This document shows positions 1 to 16,357 of a DNA stretch of 64,000 nucleotides, one piece after another. A program made the translations under genes and the position numbers. The notes under the pieces are model-generated. The model saw only the letters and a program-made list of their open reading frames with translations, ran no database searches and was not told where the DNA came from. The stretch lies in the NCBI GenBank assembly GCA_965153355.1, contig OZ231126.1:25916001-25980000 (forward strand), written 5' to 3'. The DNA comes from Flaccisagitta enflata. Its lineage: Eukaryota. Numbering within the stretch: the stretch's first letter is position 1; every line of letters begins with the position of its first letter.

Positions 1-401
1 AACCTGTGGTGAGTGTACTTGGCTACATTTGTTGACAATTGACTTGAATTGATTGAGGTAGTTACTGATGATACACACTAGCTAGTTAGTTGGTAGACAT
101 TAACCAATCCTTCCCCCCTCTCTCTTCTGTTTCTCCCTCTTTCTCTTCCTGTATATAATAGTTTAAATACACTTTCTTACCTAGTGATTAGAGATAGCAT
201 CCACAGACTGACGTTGGAACCAGCGCCACCGGAAGTGGCGTTATCGGCGTGATTGGCGTAAGATGGACGAAATGGAGAAGGGTGAAGGAAGGACAGAGGA
301 TAAGTAAAAGGAGGAAGAAGAGGAGGAGGAGAAGGAGGAGGGACTTCTTTGAACTGACAGCGTCCAGCAGCAAAGTGCTGACGTGGGGAAAAACAAGAAA
401 A

Positions 402-509
<108 letters not shown>

Positions 510-1051
510 GACAGAGATAGATTCACAGAAAGACAAACAGAGGACGACAGATATGTAAAGACAGACAAGCGCAGTGGCAGGACAGAGAGACACGACGAAT
601 CAGTGAAGTGCAGTGTTTTCTTCTTGAAATATAGAATGTAGATTTTGGCTGATAAAATGAAAGTACATCCGATGGGGACATAATTTGACCCAATGAAAAT
701 ATCCTATATGTAAATACGTGCCTTTGCGGTAATGGGAAATGGAGGGTTTGGCAATGTCTTTTAAATGTCAGTGATAGTTAGATGATTCGACGGTGTCAAA
801 CAGTTCCTAGCATAGCTGCTCAGAGCTCAACCAACTTGATTCTAGCTAGACCTTGAGCTTTTTCGTTGTTTTTTTTTCGAACTCTCGCTATCCGATTGCG
901 ACAATAAAATCTAGTAGCCAACGACCATCATACGCGTAGAAGGTAGTTTTGATCTAACAGTCACTCAGAATCACAGGTGAAGGTTTACATGCAAAAATGA
1001 TAAAAATACAGGCCATAAGTTTGGAAGAATTTATTTGGTTAATTCGCAATC

Positions 1052-1182
<131 letters not shown>

Positions 1183-3074
1183 TAACGCGAAAAAGGAAAG
1201 ATAGAAAGACAAAATCGTAGGAGGCCCCGTCGATGATTTATATCCCTCTTGTCTCAGAGGTAATTTAGAATATTGTGTTCCTTTCTTTTCTCACACTCTT
1301 TTGCTATTCTTTTTATATTTCTTCCTTGTTCTCTCTCTCTCTCTCTCTCTCTTTCTTTTCTTGCCGTCTTTTTTCGTCCGCCTTCCGTCCAACCATCGGG
1401 TTTTTCCCTTTGATGAAGAGGCGCTGCAAAGGTCCGCGACCGCCCGCCTACGAGAGAGAGAGAGAGAGAGAGAGAGACGGCAGTAATTTTTATGTTCATC
1501 CACTAAAAGTGTCAAGTAGGGGCTTCACTTGCCAAATAATGATCACTCGCTTACGGGGCTAGTCAGAGCGAGGATGACGGAATGGAAAGTTTAAGAGAGA
1601 AAAGAAGATATTTTGAGTTACTTAAGTCAACCTTAGAGTCTTTGCTTTAAGCATGGTGGACTATTTACATAGCCTCAATGATTTTAGCATTTGGCAACTG
1701 TTGCTTGTGTACTATTTACATAGACTTTAGCAGTTGTTGATCACTCTTTTGCTTGACTTACTATAGGTAATATGCCGGTTGCTCTTATGATTTTCACAGG
1801 TTTTGAATATATTTTTAAGGTTTTTCAAAAATCTAGTTTTCTAGTTTTCATTTTAGTTAAATTTTCAATTTCAAGTTTTGAATTTTAAGTTTCAAATTCT
1901 AAGTTTTTAAGTCTTAAAGTTTTGAAAAGAAGTAAGTTTTTGGATTTTTAAAATTTTTTTTTTTTTTTTTAAATTTTGATATCTTTTAAAATAGTTTTAA
2001 ATCTTTTAAAAATTTCTTAAAGTTTTATTAGTTTTTTAAAAATTTTTAGTTTTCTTAAAAATTTAAGTTTAAAGTTTTTTCATTTTTCAAAATTTTAAGT
2101 TTTTAGTTTTTAAGTTTAAATTTAAAGTTTTTTTCTTATTCCTTCCCAATTTTCTGTACTATTTACATAGCCTTAAAGTTGGTTTGGAATAAGACTCTTT
2201 CGTTCTACTCCTGATCTAAGTTTCTCCCCCAATCTACCCCTACCTTCTGCCTACCCTCCTACCACTCTTCCTACCCTCCTACCACTACCTCCCACCCACT
2301 CTGCTATCCCCACCTTTGACCCAGCCCTACCTCCTACCTACCTCCTCCAACCTACCTACCCCTGCCTACCTTTCTACCCATACATCCTACCCTCTCCTAT
2401 CTAACTAACCCCATCTCCTACCTACCCTCCTACCCAACCTCCTACCAACCCCTACCTCCTACCTACCCCACTCACTACCTTTTGTTTATTTTATCGCATA
2501 TCTCCCTCTACCTCTACCTTCTGACCTTTTGTTTTTCCTTTATTTCAACTATCTTCACCTGTACCTTTGACCACTGAAGCCCTGTTGATCACATGACCTA
2601 TCCTCTTCCTCATCTTCACCTATCCTTACCTGTCCTATCAATACTGTCATTTCACTACACTGTATCTTCTCCACCACAACCTTTATTAAACTTTTTATGA
2701 TTTATTCTCCTATTTTCCTATCATCTCCTCTATGTTTTGGTATGGGTAATAGCAAGGGTGATGGGAAGCCTCTAAACCCGCCAAGACCATGTGTTGACTT
2801 TAAGCACAAGTCTTGCCTGGTCCACAGTCCAGGTTTACTTATCCATTGATAGTTGGAGATACTTTTTACTATTTATATCTTTTGCTGTTAGTTGAATTAA
2901 ACGATTAAGTCTTTTAACATCTGATATATAGGAATTGTGGAGTGAAAGATGGATGGAAAGAGGGAAGGGAAGGTCGGACAGTCGGAAGGTCAACCGAGAG
3001 GATGCAAGGATGAAAGATAGAGAGGAAAGATGGACAAACGGATGGAAAGAAGGTTTGACAAACAAAATCAAAAA

Positions 3075-3290
3075 GGCTAAGATTTGGGCCTCAAGGCTAC
3101 GGTTTTGGCTTACAGGCAGACTTCAAGCCTCGGCTTTAGAGCTGTGATTTGGGCGTTTGGATTTGAGCTTGAAAGTCAAATATATGTGTGTTTGTGTGTG
3201 GGGGGGGGACAAATAATCTAAGGGAGGAGAAGAAGGAGAAATATGTGTAAGAGCATAGTTCTTCGGCTCCTTCGGGACCGCTGTCCTTAA
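3075..3290 (-). mobile_element. Decayed family B fragment
   Basis: GCATAGTTCTTCGGCTCCTTCGGGACCGCTGTCC end and degenerate GATTTGAGC repeats. Confidence 0.55.
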
Positions 3291-3676
3291 ACGCAAGAAA
3301 AAGAAACAAAGGAAGGGATGAAGAATGGAATAAGAGAATGAGCCGCCGGGCATTCAATCAAGCTCATATTCATGATCGTTTAAACACTATCATTTCTTAC
3401 GTTTAGTTATCCCTATTTGTCTTTGACATGTATTCGGTGGATTCCTAGGGACATGGCGAAGGTGTAGGGGGACACATGAAGACGTTGGATTCATAACTAA
3501 GAGCCTAGGTACAACTGTGAAGGTGTGAACAGACTATGAAAAGACAAAGAGTGGTGGGGTAATGGGAACCAACGGTGTTGAAAGAACGCACTTATTAGAC
3601 ATAAACACGCAATCTATAAAAAATATCGCTGCGCACTGATACGTCCTTGCTCTCCTTTCACATGATTCTCAAACGG

Positions 3677-3830
3677 TTTTTAGTCGCGGACACGCGACTC
3701 TACACCTTGCCGTGTCGTCGGTCCGTCCGTCCGTCGGTCCGTCACATTTCTGAATTCCGAGCGGTTTTTGCGGTACTGCTCCTGCCCAACCGTCCGCGAC
3801 TGGATTGCCGTGTATCCGGCCTTGTTTTTT
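3677..3830 (+). mobile_element. Family A Helentron/DINE-1-like non-autonomous element
   Basis: T-run + AGTCGCGGAC-ACGCGACT 5' hairpin, (GTCC)n, 3' GTCCGCGACT, stem-loop GCCGTGTATCCGGC, CTTGTTT end. Confidence 0.85.
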
Positions 3831-4259
3831 AGCTAATCTGAATTAGAAAAGCAGTGGATTTTTCGGATAAAATGTTTAAACAGTTCTCAAAAGGAAAAGT
3901 TGAACAAATACTTTGAGTGAGAAACAATCGAGTCAATCGGAGCGGACCGGAAGTAAGAGCGCTTTTACCATGACGTATGGCGGCAGCTCTCAGCGCCGAA
4001 ATCATAATGGAAAGAGGAAAAATGAAGGATAAGAAATGGAAACATAGAGGCCAACGCCTCCCCCCCCCCCACCGTTTTTTTTTCTCTTGACTTTCTTCCC
4101 TATTCTTTTTTCTTTTCTCTCTCTCTTTGGATGAATTATCTTTTCATTTTTCAACGGAATACTTTTTTCCTTCAAGACACTCATGAAAATTTAAAAGACT
4201 AAAAATTGATTCTTAATCGAAGCGCGTTTGTGGATAACAAATGGTGTTCCCTCTCATTA

Positions 4260-4317
<58 letters not shown>

Positions 4318-4327
4318 ATCTTTTGTG

Positions 4328-4430
<103 letters not shown>

Positions 4431-4495
4431 ACACACACACACACGCACACACATGCGCGCACGCACGCACGCACGCACGCACACACGCACACACG

Positions 4496-4618
<123 letters not shown>

Positions 4619-5555
4619 CACACCCATACGCAGTAATAGTCTCTGTCGCGGGACCAAAAAGAGTAACAAAATATAGCCACGGCTATAGTAACAGCCGAGA
4701 ACAGAAATTAGAGCAGACTGACAGAGAACCAGACGGAAAGACAGAGAGACAGACATCATAGCAGTCATACAGACTGACGGACAGATAGACAGACATGGTG
4801 ACAGAAAGACAAACAGGTTAACGCGATAGCGATGAGAAAAAGATGAAGCAAGAATATGGGTACAAATGAGTAATCATGAGGATGGAGTGAAAGAACTCTA
4901 TTAGAATTATGATGTTCTTTCATGAGTCTGAACGTCTTGGATGAATGTAGATTAAGAGTAACACCACCATTGTTTTTTTTTATCCTCCTGGAAGAAGCAG
5001 AAAGATAAGAAAAGAAATGAAAAGAGATGAACAGGCAGAAAAACCTAGCTGAAAAAAATGCCAGCGTTAAGCAGAGGAAAAAAGTAAAACAGTGAAAAAA
5101 CTGAAAAATAAAAGAGTGGGAAATTTGCCTCTCTCGCTGCCTCTGACTCAATAACCTAATTCGAGAAAAAAGTGGAAGAAAAAAAGAAGGAAACAATTCG
5201 TAATAAATGAGTTGTTAACTCTCCCTAGACGTTTATTAATGAGTGAAATTGAGACAAATGGTAAAAGAGCCGTGAGGCAAGAATCTTAGCAACAAGGGCC
5301 TTTGACTTTGACTCCATTTCGGGGGTGGAACGAAATCCTTTTGATTTTCTTTATTTTTTCTATCTTTTTATCCCACTTTTCTTTTCTCTTTCTTTCTTTC
5401 TTTCCTTCTTTTTTTCTTACTTTCTCGCGTTTCTCCTGGGTATCTTTCTACCTCTCTTTATTTCTTTCTGTGTATGTTTGTATGTTTGTATGTCTGTATG
5501 TTTGTATGTTCTGTTTGTATGTTTGTATGTTTGTTCTTTGCTCATTGTTTTTTTT

Positions 5556-5635
<80 letters not shown>

Positions 5636-5680
5636 TCCTTCATTAATTCTTTCTGTCATTCTTTCTGCCTGTATAAAGTA

Positions 5681-5894
5681 ACAGGGTGTGCAAAAAATTT
5701 TGCACAAATGCTGAAGCATACAGGATGTAAAAAGCATGCTTCCACTTGGTTCAGTTTTACGAAAATTCTATCATAGTATATTGTTACTGCAGGGGATACT
5801 TCAATTCAAATTTCATTACAGTGGGCTATCTTTAAAGATGATCTTTATATTTTCTAAGCTAAAGTACCAGTGCAATTCTTTTTGCACACCCTGT
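5681..5894. mobile_element. MITE, Tc1/mariner-like
   Basis: TIR ACAGGGTGTGCAAAAA / TTTTTGCACACCCTGT, with TA on both sides. Confidence 0.75.
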
Positions 5895-5896
5895 TA

Positions 5897-5997
5897 GCTG
5901 ATGTTTGTGCATGCATGAAGAAGCTAAATTTTGTGCATGCATGAAGAAGTTGATGTTCGTGCATGTATGAAGGAGTTGACGTTGGTGCGTGCATGGA
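5897..5997. repeat. ~26-bp tandem repeat, about 4 copies
   Basis: GCTGATGTTTGTGCATGCATGAAGAA-like units. Confidence 0.7.
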
Positions 5998-6320
5998 GTA
6001 ATTTCATCGTGCCTCTGCGCTCAGTGAACTGTTAAGATTGCCGCGAGTCTCAATCAGTTTTCTTCATCACATTTTCTTCCCTTCGTGAAAGAACGGAAGG
6101 CACGGTGCGCCGCAGTCGGTCCCATTTCTTAGCTTTAGTTGCAGACTGGTACCACGTCTTTCATCTTCTATCGCATAATGGAAGAACGCCTTGTTTTTTT
6201 GTCTCCACTAAAATCTCAAAAGAAATTTAAATGCCCCTTAAATAATCAATCAAGGGGCATAAATCAGTTGTCAATCAAATCATAGAAACAATATTGTATT
6301 TATATGTTAAAGCTTCTTTC

Positions 6321-6678
6321 TTTTTAGTTGCGGACACGCAACTCCATAAAGGGCTTTGTCCGTCCGTCCGTCCGTCCGTCCGTCCGTCCGTCTGTCCGTC
6401 CTTCCGTCCGTCCGTCCGTCCGTCCGTCCGTCCGTCCGTTCGTCCGTCCGTCCGTCCGTCCGTCCGTCCGTCCGTCTGTCATTCCGTTCGTCCGTCCGCC
6501 CGTCCGTCCGTCCATCTGTCCGTCCGTCCGTCCGTCCATGACCACAAGTCGAAAAGTGCGGAAATGAGTGTTTTAGATGCTTTTTGTGATTGTGAGCGGG
6601 GGACTTGGCGTGTTGATGGGGATTGGATGCCCCTGCCCACCCGTCCGCAACGATATTGTGACCCCGCATCACTTGTTT
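6321..6678 (+). mobile_element. Family A element with expanded (GTCC)n
   Basis: AGTTGCGGAC-ACGCAACT start, ~180 bp (GTCC)n, GTCCGCAAC plus GTGA..TCAC hairpin and CTTGTTT end. Confidence 0.8.
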
Positions 6679-6991
6679 CTTTCTTTTAACAATGCACAAT
6701 TTTGTTTTAGCGTTTTGGATGTATATGCTTAAATTTTTCCCCTTTATCCTGGAGATCATTTTTTTCTTTTTTTTACCGATTTCGGGGCAATGAGTAAAAA
6801 GAAAAAAAAATCAACGAGGAGAAAACAAGGCAACACATGGCATGACCGAGGCTCAGCTAAGTAGGGTAAGAAAGGCATGAGCAAATAGGGCGGATACTGG
6901 CCGTTGCAAGACAAAAAAGTCGCCTCATGGCCTCATTTGAATATGAGGGAGAGAAAAAGAGAGAGAGGGAGAGATAGCGAAAAAGAGTGCG

Positions 6992-7090
<99 letters not shown>

Positions 7091-7226
7091 CAGTGCACAT
7101 GTACAGAGTTTCAAACAAGCTCCATGTTTTAGCATTAGAATGGAATGGAAAATCCTTGAGGGGGAGACGAGGTTCAAGTTGTGGGAAACAACAGAAAGGG
7201 GACCCATACCAAAGTATGAGTGCGTC

Positions 7227-7409
<183 letters not shown>

Positions 7410-7696
7410 GAGACAGAGAGAGAGACAGAGAGACAGAGAGACAGAGAGAGAAAATGGGATGCAAGAAGTAATGCAACGGAGTGAGCAGATGTTAAAGGGG
7501 GTGTGGGTAACCTAATCGATATCAAAAATAGGTTGTCTAGGTAAAAATGGTATTGTTTATCAACAGCGAAACGGCATGAAATCGGGGATGGTGGTTAGTG
7601 GTCTTATCGTTATCAAGACATTATCGCATTTGCTCTCCACCAATTTTTTTCTCAATTTGGTAATATGGTCTCCATCAATTTGCAGGTTGAATTATG

Positions 7697-7851
7697 AACA
7701 AGTAAGTAGGATTATACTTTGGTCGCGGATAGGCAGAGATAGATGCGTGATCTTACAGTTTCTGACTCGATCAACACGGACAAACAGACGGACAGACAGA
7801 CGGACGAACCAACGGTCGGGCAAGGCCGCTTATATAGTTCGTAATTGAAAA
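7697..7851 (-). mobile_element. Decayed family A element
   Basis: AACAAG...GGTCGCGGA end, (GGAC/AGAC)n tract, degenerate 5' end. Confidence 0.5.
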
Positions 7852-10248
7852 TATACTTTGCATCCTCAATTTTTGACACATCAACAACGCCATTCAATAT
7901 TGAGACACTTTCCTCCTTTTTGGCCTGACTGATTCGAAAGCGGTTTTTTTGAATCTTTGACTGCATCATTACAAAAATGAATTAAATCTAGCTCATCACT
8001 ATTATAATTCAGGTCTTTTTATTCTATACAATTTAGGTCTTTTTATTCTTGTTGAACTGCCAAAAAAGAAAAACAGGGTTTTCTGTCAGCACCCGGCACA
8101 CCCTATGCACCCTGCACTGCCAATTTTACCTAAATGTAACGAATGCGCGCGCAAGATCTTCTACCATATGCATTTCTCCCCCCTCATGATGCCTGATGTT
8201 AAATGATCCGATGACACCTCGCGGCATTCATCAGTGACCTCAGCATTCATCAGCGACCGTCGTTTCGCCCTCTTTTATCACGTGAAATCTCTCTTCTCCA
8301 ACTTGTTTATGTTACGAGTCATTTGACGATCATTCCTTCGTCCTAGATCATTTCCTCATCTTTGAAACTGATGTTCTCATCTTTCTCTCTCTCTCTTGAC
8401 TCGTTAGATAATGGATCATTAACTTACCCCTCCCCGCTCGCTTTTACCCTCAATTCACGAACACCGTGACACCGTGACCGCGTAAGTATCGACGAATCTT
8501 CTTTTTATTGGTACCTAAGCGATGATACAAGTATAGAAGCAACGTTCTCCACGAGAGTCCTCACCGTCGTCTCGACTACCATCAAATAAAAGATGGCATG
8601 TGAGAGATGGTGGAAGGGGCGATGGTAAGCAAGAGGATCATGCTGGACGAAAGAATGACGATGGAAGTTGATAAGGATTGAGGATTTGAGGCGTATGTAG
8701 CTAACGCGGGGGTGATAAAACGAGATGAAAACTGCAAAGCACAGAAAAGAGGGGGGAAATGAGAGTGGGAAAAGAATTTGAGATGCAGAAGGATGTTAGG
8801 TTTAGGGTTCGATACATGTCCGCAAGGAGAAGAAGGGGTGAGGGGAAAATGAATGATGTAGGGGACAACTGTGGTAATTATTGTTGTAAGGGGCAAAATG
8901 GTGTGAGGCAAAGCGGTGGGGGTGCATTGAGGAACATGAAGAATGAGAGGAAGAAGAGGAAGAGGAGGAGGAAGAAGAGGATGAAGAAGAAGAAGAAGAA
9001 GAAGAAGAAGAAGAAGAAGAAGAAGAAGAAGAAGAAGAAGAAGAAGAAGAAGAAGAAGAAGAAGGGGAGAAAGAGGAAGAGGAGGTGGAGGCGTCATTGG
9101 GCGTGGCTGAAGGCGGACAAAAGCCCGAAATGTCGGAAGCCAGGGATAGCCATGGATGACGAAGAGGAGGAGGAGGAAGAGGAGAAATAAACCAAGGCAA
9201 ACGAAGAAGAGGAAGAGGAGGAGGAAGGAGAGGCTATGGCGATATTCTATGGGGAATTTACATAGAGAATAGCGACAGAAATGCCTTATTTCTCGTGATT
9301 AATGAGTTTGCGGGTGAGGCGCTGGTTGGCGTATGGGATGCCTCGACCGCGGCCGATACCGAAGCCACCACCTACGTAAATATCACCACCTCCGTCTACA
9401 AACATATGAGGCGAGGCCACCACAATCGCCATCCACGTCACCACCCCCGTATTCTGTCACCACCTACACAGATAACACCATCGCGTCACTAAGTATACGA
9501 ACTTATGGCACCATGACGATCCTTCCCCCCCCCCCTCATCACTTCTATGGAAATATATAATCGCATCATTATTATTGAACTTAGGCGCAAGGCCACTCTG
9601 GTAGCTAGAAGCATAACACCCTCATACGATCTTGTGTGACAAATTCCAAAGTTTCAACCAAACCTATGATATTTCATTTACTGAATCATTGAATTTTTCC
9701 TTGGTCTCCTTTAAGTGATACCGCATCAAAAACAGTGACCCTCAGGGAGGCACCCTTTACGTTGCATATTACGTCACCAATTTTATATGCCGGCGCATAT
9801 CACAGTCAATGCAAATGTAATTGTAACCATTAACGCCATCGCTCTCGCATCTACCACCTTCAGAAACGTGATATCGCCACCATCACCACATTCTCCACCA
9901 CCACCATCATCAAGTTGGTAAGCTTTACCACCACCGTCTCCTCTGTCTTATCACTTCCAACCCAGTTAACAACGTCCCGCTTCATTTTCATCCCCTTCAC
10001 TGACGTCGGTGGCCCTGACGATTACAGGCCAACAGGACCAACGCAACCTTTCTCCACGTTCGGTTTACGCTCAGTCAGTATCTCTGTCTCTGTCTTATTG
10101 TCTCTCGCTGTACCACTGTCTCTATAACAGTGTCTCTGTTTGTCTGTCTATCTGTCTGTCTATTTGTCTCTGTTTCTAATTCTGTCTCTCCCTCTCTGTG
10201 TCTCTCTCTGTCTCTGTCTCTGTCTCTCCCTCTCTGTGTCTCTCTCTG

Positions 10249-10345
<97 letters not shown>

Positions 10346-10416
10346 CTGTGGAAGGAAATGAGAATTATCCCCCAGTAAAACCCGATGCGGTTCGTTGACG
10401 TGAATCCCAAAAGTCA

Positions 10417-10645
10417 AGAGCAGTGATGAAGAATGAGATTTTATATCTTAAGAAGCAGTGGTAAACAATGAATTCTAAGAGAGGTGTTGAAGAATGAGAT
10501 TTTATACCTGAATAAGCAAGGCTAAATAATGAGTTTTCAGAGCAGTGATGAAGAATGAGATTTTATATCTTAAGAAGCAGTGGTAAAGAACGAGTTTTAA
10601 AAGCAGTGATGAAGAATGAGATTTTATATCTTAAGAAGCAGTAAT
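10417..10645. repeat. ~61-bp tandem repeat, nearly 4 copies
   Basis: Recurring GAAGAATGAGATTTTATA. Confidence 0.85.
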
Positions 10646-11549
10646 AGAAGAAGAAATGACGCAGCAGCGAGGCCGTAACATTCCACCGGTTATTTCGCTG
10701 ATCAACTTTGCCTATCGTCTTCGTGCATTCCAATAGAGAACAATCACCAGATTGCTACAATTGAGTGCAAGTGTAGCAAACGTGGTCTCATACAGATCGT
10801 GTTTCCGCGCAAAAAAAAAGCGTTCCCAAATTCAGTTTCCAGTTCTTTTCTTTTTAATTTTTGCATGTGCTTTAATTTCTTTTTGGTTCCATCTTAGCAA
10901 TATTATCGTATCACTTATCACTGACAGTCAGTCGGTCGGCCAGTGTGTCCATCGCGCTCTCAATTATTTAGGTTAAGAAAATTGACGACTTGCTGGCATG
11001 CCTCCTTTCCACACGACTACATCCCCATTCACCTCCACCTCGTCTTCTTCCTCTATCTTGCTCCCCTCTTTATCCTCCGTCCGCCTCCTCATTCTCTCCA
11101 TTCTCCCCCCTTGCCTGTTTCCTTCTAACTTTCGTATTCTTCTAAACTTTTTTGCAAATTCCCTTCGTACTTCCCATGGCCATTTCCTCTTTCCTTATCC
11201 TCTCCTTCTTCTCGTACCCCTTCTCTCTCGCTCTCGCTCTCTCTTCATTGTTTTCCCACCAGTCTCTCTTTAACCTTCAATCCCCCTTTTCTCTTCACTT
11301 CACTTTCCTTCTATCTCCGCTCTATTCTCTCCTTAATTCTCCTTCTTATCATCTCTTACTCCTACAACACCTTTTTCATCTCCACCCGTCTTTTCATTCT
11401 CTCCTCCACATCCTCTTCTTTTTTGCTCCTTGTTCCCTTTTTTCACCTCCAACTCCAAATTTCCTTCTAAACCTAATCCTTTTTCTTCCCACGTGATATC
11501 CGAGTTTTTTTCCTCGCTTTGTTCCGCTCTCTTGCCTCCTCGTTCTTCA

Positions 11550-12945
<1,396 letters not shown>

Positions 12946-13254
12946 TTTTGGGCAGCGGCCCCGAAGGGTTCACCCACTGTCCGCCAGAACACGGAATGAG
13001 ATGACTTGAAATGATCGTCTACAACTCTGATAGGTTTTGAGTCCTTGTGGTGTATATAATACAAATCTAAAAATAACTAAATCATTTTTGGGGCGCTTTT
13101 TGAAATATATACAAAAATAGTACAAATTTAATTCATTTTTCATCATAACTCTTTGTGATGATTTATTTTAGTATTTTTGACCGCAGATTTGGACTTTGGA
13201 CTCTGTGACGTATCAAACAAACCGCAAAGCACTCGCTGAATCTGAATCTTCAGT

Positions 13255-14117
13255 AACAAGCCCAACAGGCCAACAGTCGCGTGCTAAGTTACAACACAAT
13301 TACACAACTTCATACTACACAACTTCATATTACATAACTTCATACAATATAATACATAATACAACTTCATACTACATAACTTCATACTACAACTTCATAT
13401 TACATAACGTCTGTCCCAAAAAAAGTTACATTCTGAACCAATAACGAGTGTCCAATAAAAAGTTGACAATATACCCAAAATACCCAAAATACCCAAAAAT
13501 ACCCAATGATACCCAAAAATACCCAAAAACACCTGAAGATACCCATAGATACTCAAAAATACTCGAAAATACCCAAAAGTACCCAAAAGTATCTGAAGGT
13601 ACTCTAAAATCCCCTAAGTACCTAAAATAACTTAAAAATGACCAAAATTACCCAAAAATACCCAAAAACACCCAAAAATACAGAAAAATAACCAAAAATA
13701 CTCAAAAATATATAAAAAACAAGGCCGGATACACGGCAATCCAGTCGCGGACGGTTGGGCAGGAGCAGTAATGCGAAAACCGCTCGGAATTCAACAATGT
13801 GACGGACGGACCGACGGACCGACGGACCGACGGACCGACCTACCGACCTACCGACCGACACGGCAAGGTGTAGAGTCGCGTGTCCGCGACTAAAAACCAA
13901 AAGTACCTGAAAGTATCTTAAAATACCTTAAGTACCTAAAATTACTTAAGTACCCTAAAGTACCCTGAAGTACCCTGAAATACCTTAGAGTACCTTTAAA
14001 TACCTTAAAAAACCTTAAAAAGTCATAATTTCAAAAACGTGACGGACGGACCGACGGACCGACCTACCGACCGACCGACACGGCAAGGTGTAGAGTCGCG
14101 TGCACGCGACTAAAAAA
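13255..14117 (-). mobile_element. Long family A element with internal tandem arrays, hosting a nested copy
   Basis: AGTCGCGTGCACGCGACTAAAAAA at the right end, AACAAGCCCAACAGGCCAACAGTCGCGTGC at the left end, internal ACAACTTCAT and TACCCAAAA arrays. Confidence 0.8.
13714..13896 (-). mobile_element. Family A element nested in 13255-14117
   Basis: Close reverse-complement match to 3677-3830; inserted in an A-run. Confidence 0.85.
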
Positions 14118-14440
14118 TACCAGAAAAGATCACCGCAAACAGTTATGATTGAAAATGTTCTAGATTTACACCATTTTTTCATTTATTTCAAAAAGCGCCC
14201 CAGGAGTGATTTAGTTTACTTTAGATCTATATTGTACACACTACAATGACCCAAAAACTATCAAAATGAATGACGATCATTCTACCTCAACTCATTCCGT
14301 GTTTTGGCTGGTAGTGCACCAAAGGTGCCAATTGTGTGTAGCATCGTAGCAATGCTGCGCGGCAGGCAAACGCAAAAGTGCGGCAGTTGCAGCCAGCCAG
14401 GGCGGTTATGGAGGAAAAGGGGGAAAGAGACGAAAAGAAA

Positions 14441-14488
<48 letters not shown>

Positions 14489-14586
14489 TCCTGGGAAGTC
14501 ATTTGGTAATTTAGTAATTTGTCTGGTAGATTATTGGAATTTTGTCTGGTAACCTTGGTAAGGGTGCGTCTGCATTCAACCTTGCC

Positions 14587-14760
14587 TTTTTAGTTGCGGA
14601 CACGCAACTCTATAAGAGGCTCTGTCCGTCCGTCCGTCCGTCCGTTGGTCGGTCGGTCGGTCGGTCCGTTGGTGAGCACGAGTCAAAAAGTGGGAAAACG
14701 CGCACATCCGCCCCGCCCACCAGTTCGCAACTGGTGGCCGTGTATCCGGCCTTGTTTTTT
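14587..14760 (+). mobile_element. Family A element (AGTTGCGGAC subfamily)
   Basis: Complete termini; duplicated at 17972-18145. Confidence 0.85.
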
Positions 14761-15149
14761 CGTTTTCGTCCTGCAAAGTTCTATTTAAGTTCGGATTCAG
14801 ATTCCCCCTTCTCCCGCTTATGCGTTTCGTTTTAACTCAATCCTTCTCTCCTCCGTTATACATGTATAAACAGCATTCAATCGTTGAGAAGGACCGAGCG
14901 ATAGTCCCTGGTATATTTTTTTTCTCCTCGATTTTTTCTCGCTTCATGAACAGAGATTAGGTATCGAGATCCGGCAATCCGTGTAACGGATAGGATATAT
15001 GGGATAACGGATAACGGATAAATCACCATGAAAACCGATCATTCCTCTTCCTCCTCGTCTTCCTCTTCTTCCTCCTCTTTCTTCTCCTTCTCTTCTATTC
15101 CTCCAAGATCCTTTGTTTCTTTAAGTCGATCTTATACCGCTTTTGGTGT

Positions 15150-15239
<90 letters not shown>

Positions 15240-15332
15240 TCTCTCGCTTTTAATAGTGTTTAGGCCAAAGTATGATAGGTGGAACAATATCCTTTTCTCT
15301 ACCCTAACTGAAATGAATAGAAATGGGCCTTG

Positions 15333-15530
15333 TATAGTTAGTATAGTAACTATAGAAAGTATAGTAAGAATAGTAAGTATAGTAAGCATAGTAAGTATAG
15401 TAAGTATAGTAAGTATAGTGAGTACAGTAAGTATAGTAAGTATGGTAAGTATAGCAGGTATAGTAAGTATAGTAAGTATAGTAAGTATAGTAAGTATAGT
15501 AAGTATGGTATGGTAAGTATAGTAAGTACA
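15333..15530. repeat. 9-bp minisatellite (ATAGTAAGT)n
   Basis: Direct reading. Confidence 0.9.
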
Positions 15531-16357
15531 GTGGCAATGTTGTCCCTCTTTCATAACCAGGATTTCCATTAGTCAAATGCAATGAACCTTTTACAAAATC
15601 TGTTTGTTTTACTTAGATAATGTGTAACCTTATATAAATAACGTCCAGTTATTTAGGGATAACGACATAAGCATATAATGGCGGATTTTTACCATATAAC
15701 GACCTCATAACGGCCGACCACTGACGCTCAGTAACGCTAATCTCTGACCTGCCCCTGCCCCGGCCCATCCTATTAAATTCATCCATATCATCCCATAGCA
15801 AGCTGATCGGACAAGCGATAAAACCATACTAAAATCCGGCGATAAAAATGCAAAAGGGCAAAAAGACAAACAACAGACCGGAAAACAAGATAAAAACAAC
15901 GTTAATAAAAGCAGAAACACGTCTATAAAACTTACTTTTGGGCCCACTTTCGTTGGTTTCAACCTACAGTCTGTCGATGTCAAATTAACGCGCACTTGTC
16001 CGCTCATTAGTTTATCTGCACAAAAGATGAGAGATTATTGAAATTAGTGAATTCCAAGGGCGCATTCAAACAATCATAAAAATCAATCAATCACTTTAAG
16101 AAGCGATGCCATAATTAAATAAAATCAATCAATCCGAAAACTGATGATACGAAAGACGAAAGCTACGATATTTGCCTACGCAAAAACAAATGGCACAAAA
16201 TCAAGGCGCAACTGCTGGTTACCGACCAGCGTTCAATATAAAAATGGCAAGAAACAAAAGACACGGGCATCGAATGGTCAGAGAAAGAGAAAATAGTATA
16301 TCGCAAAAGAGACAGAAGCGCACACACCTAAGAGACGGACAGACATACATTTCTAAC

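Larger units (their letters stand above)
12975..14316. mobile_element. Non-autonomous CMC-group (Chapaev-like) foldback element
   Basis: CACT...AGTG termini, ~200-bp imperfect TIRs, 4-bp flanking duplication CACC. Confidence 0.7.

Noticed and set aside
16135-16180. CTGATGA-TAC-GAAA-GAC-GAAA, hammerhead-ribozyme-like core
   Set aside because: Stem II does not pair and no stem I or III could be formed by eye.
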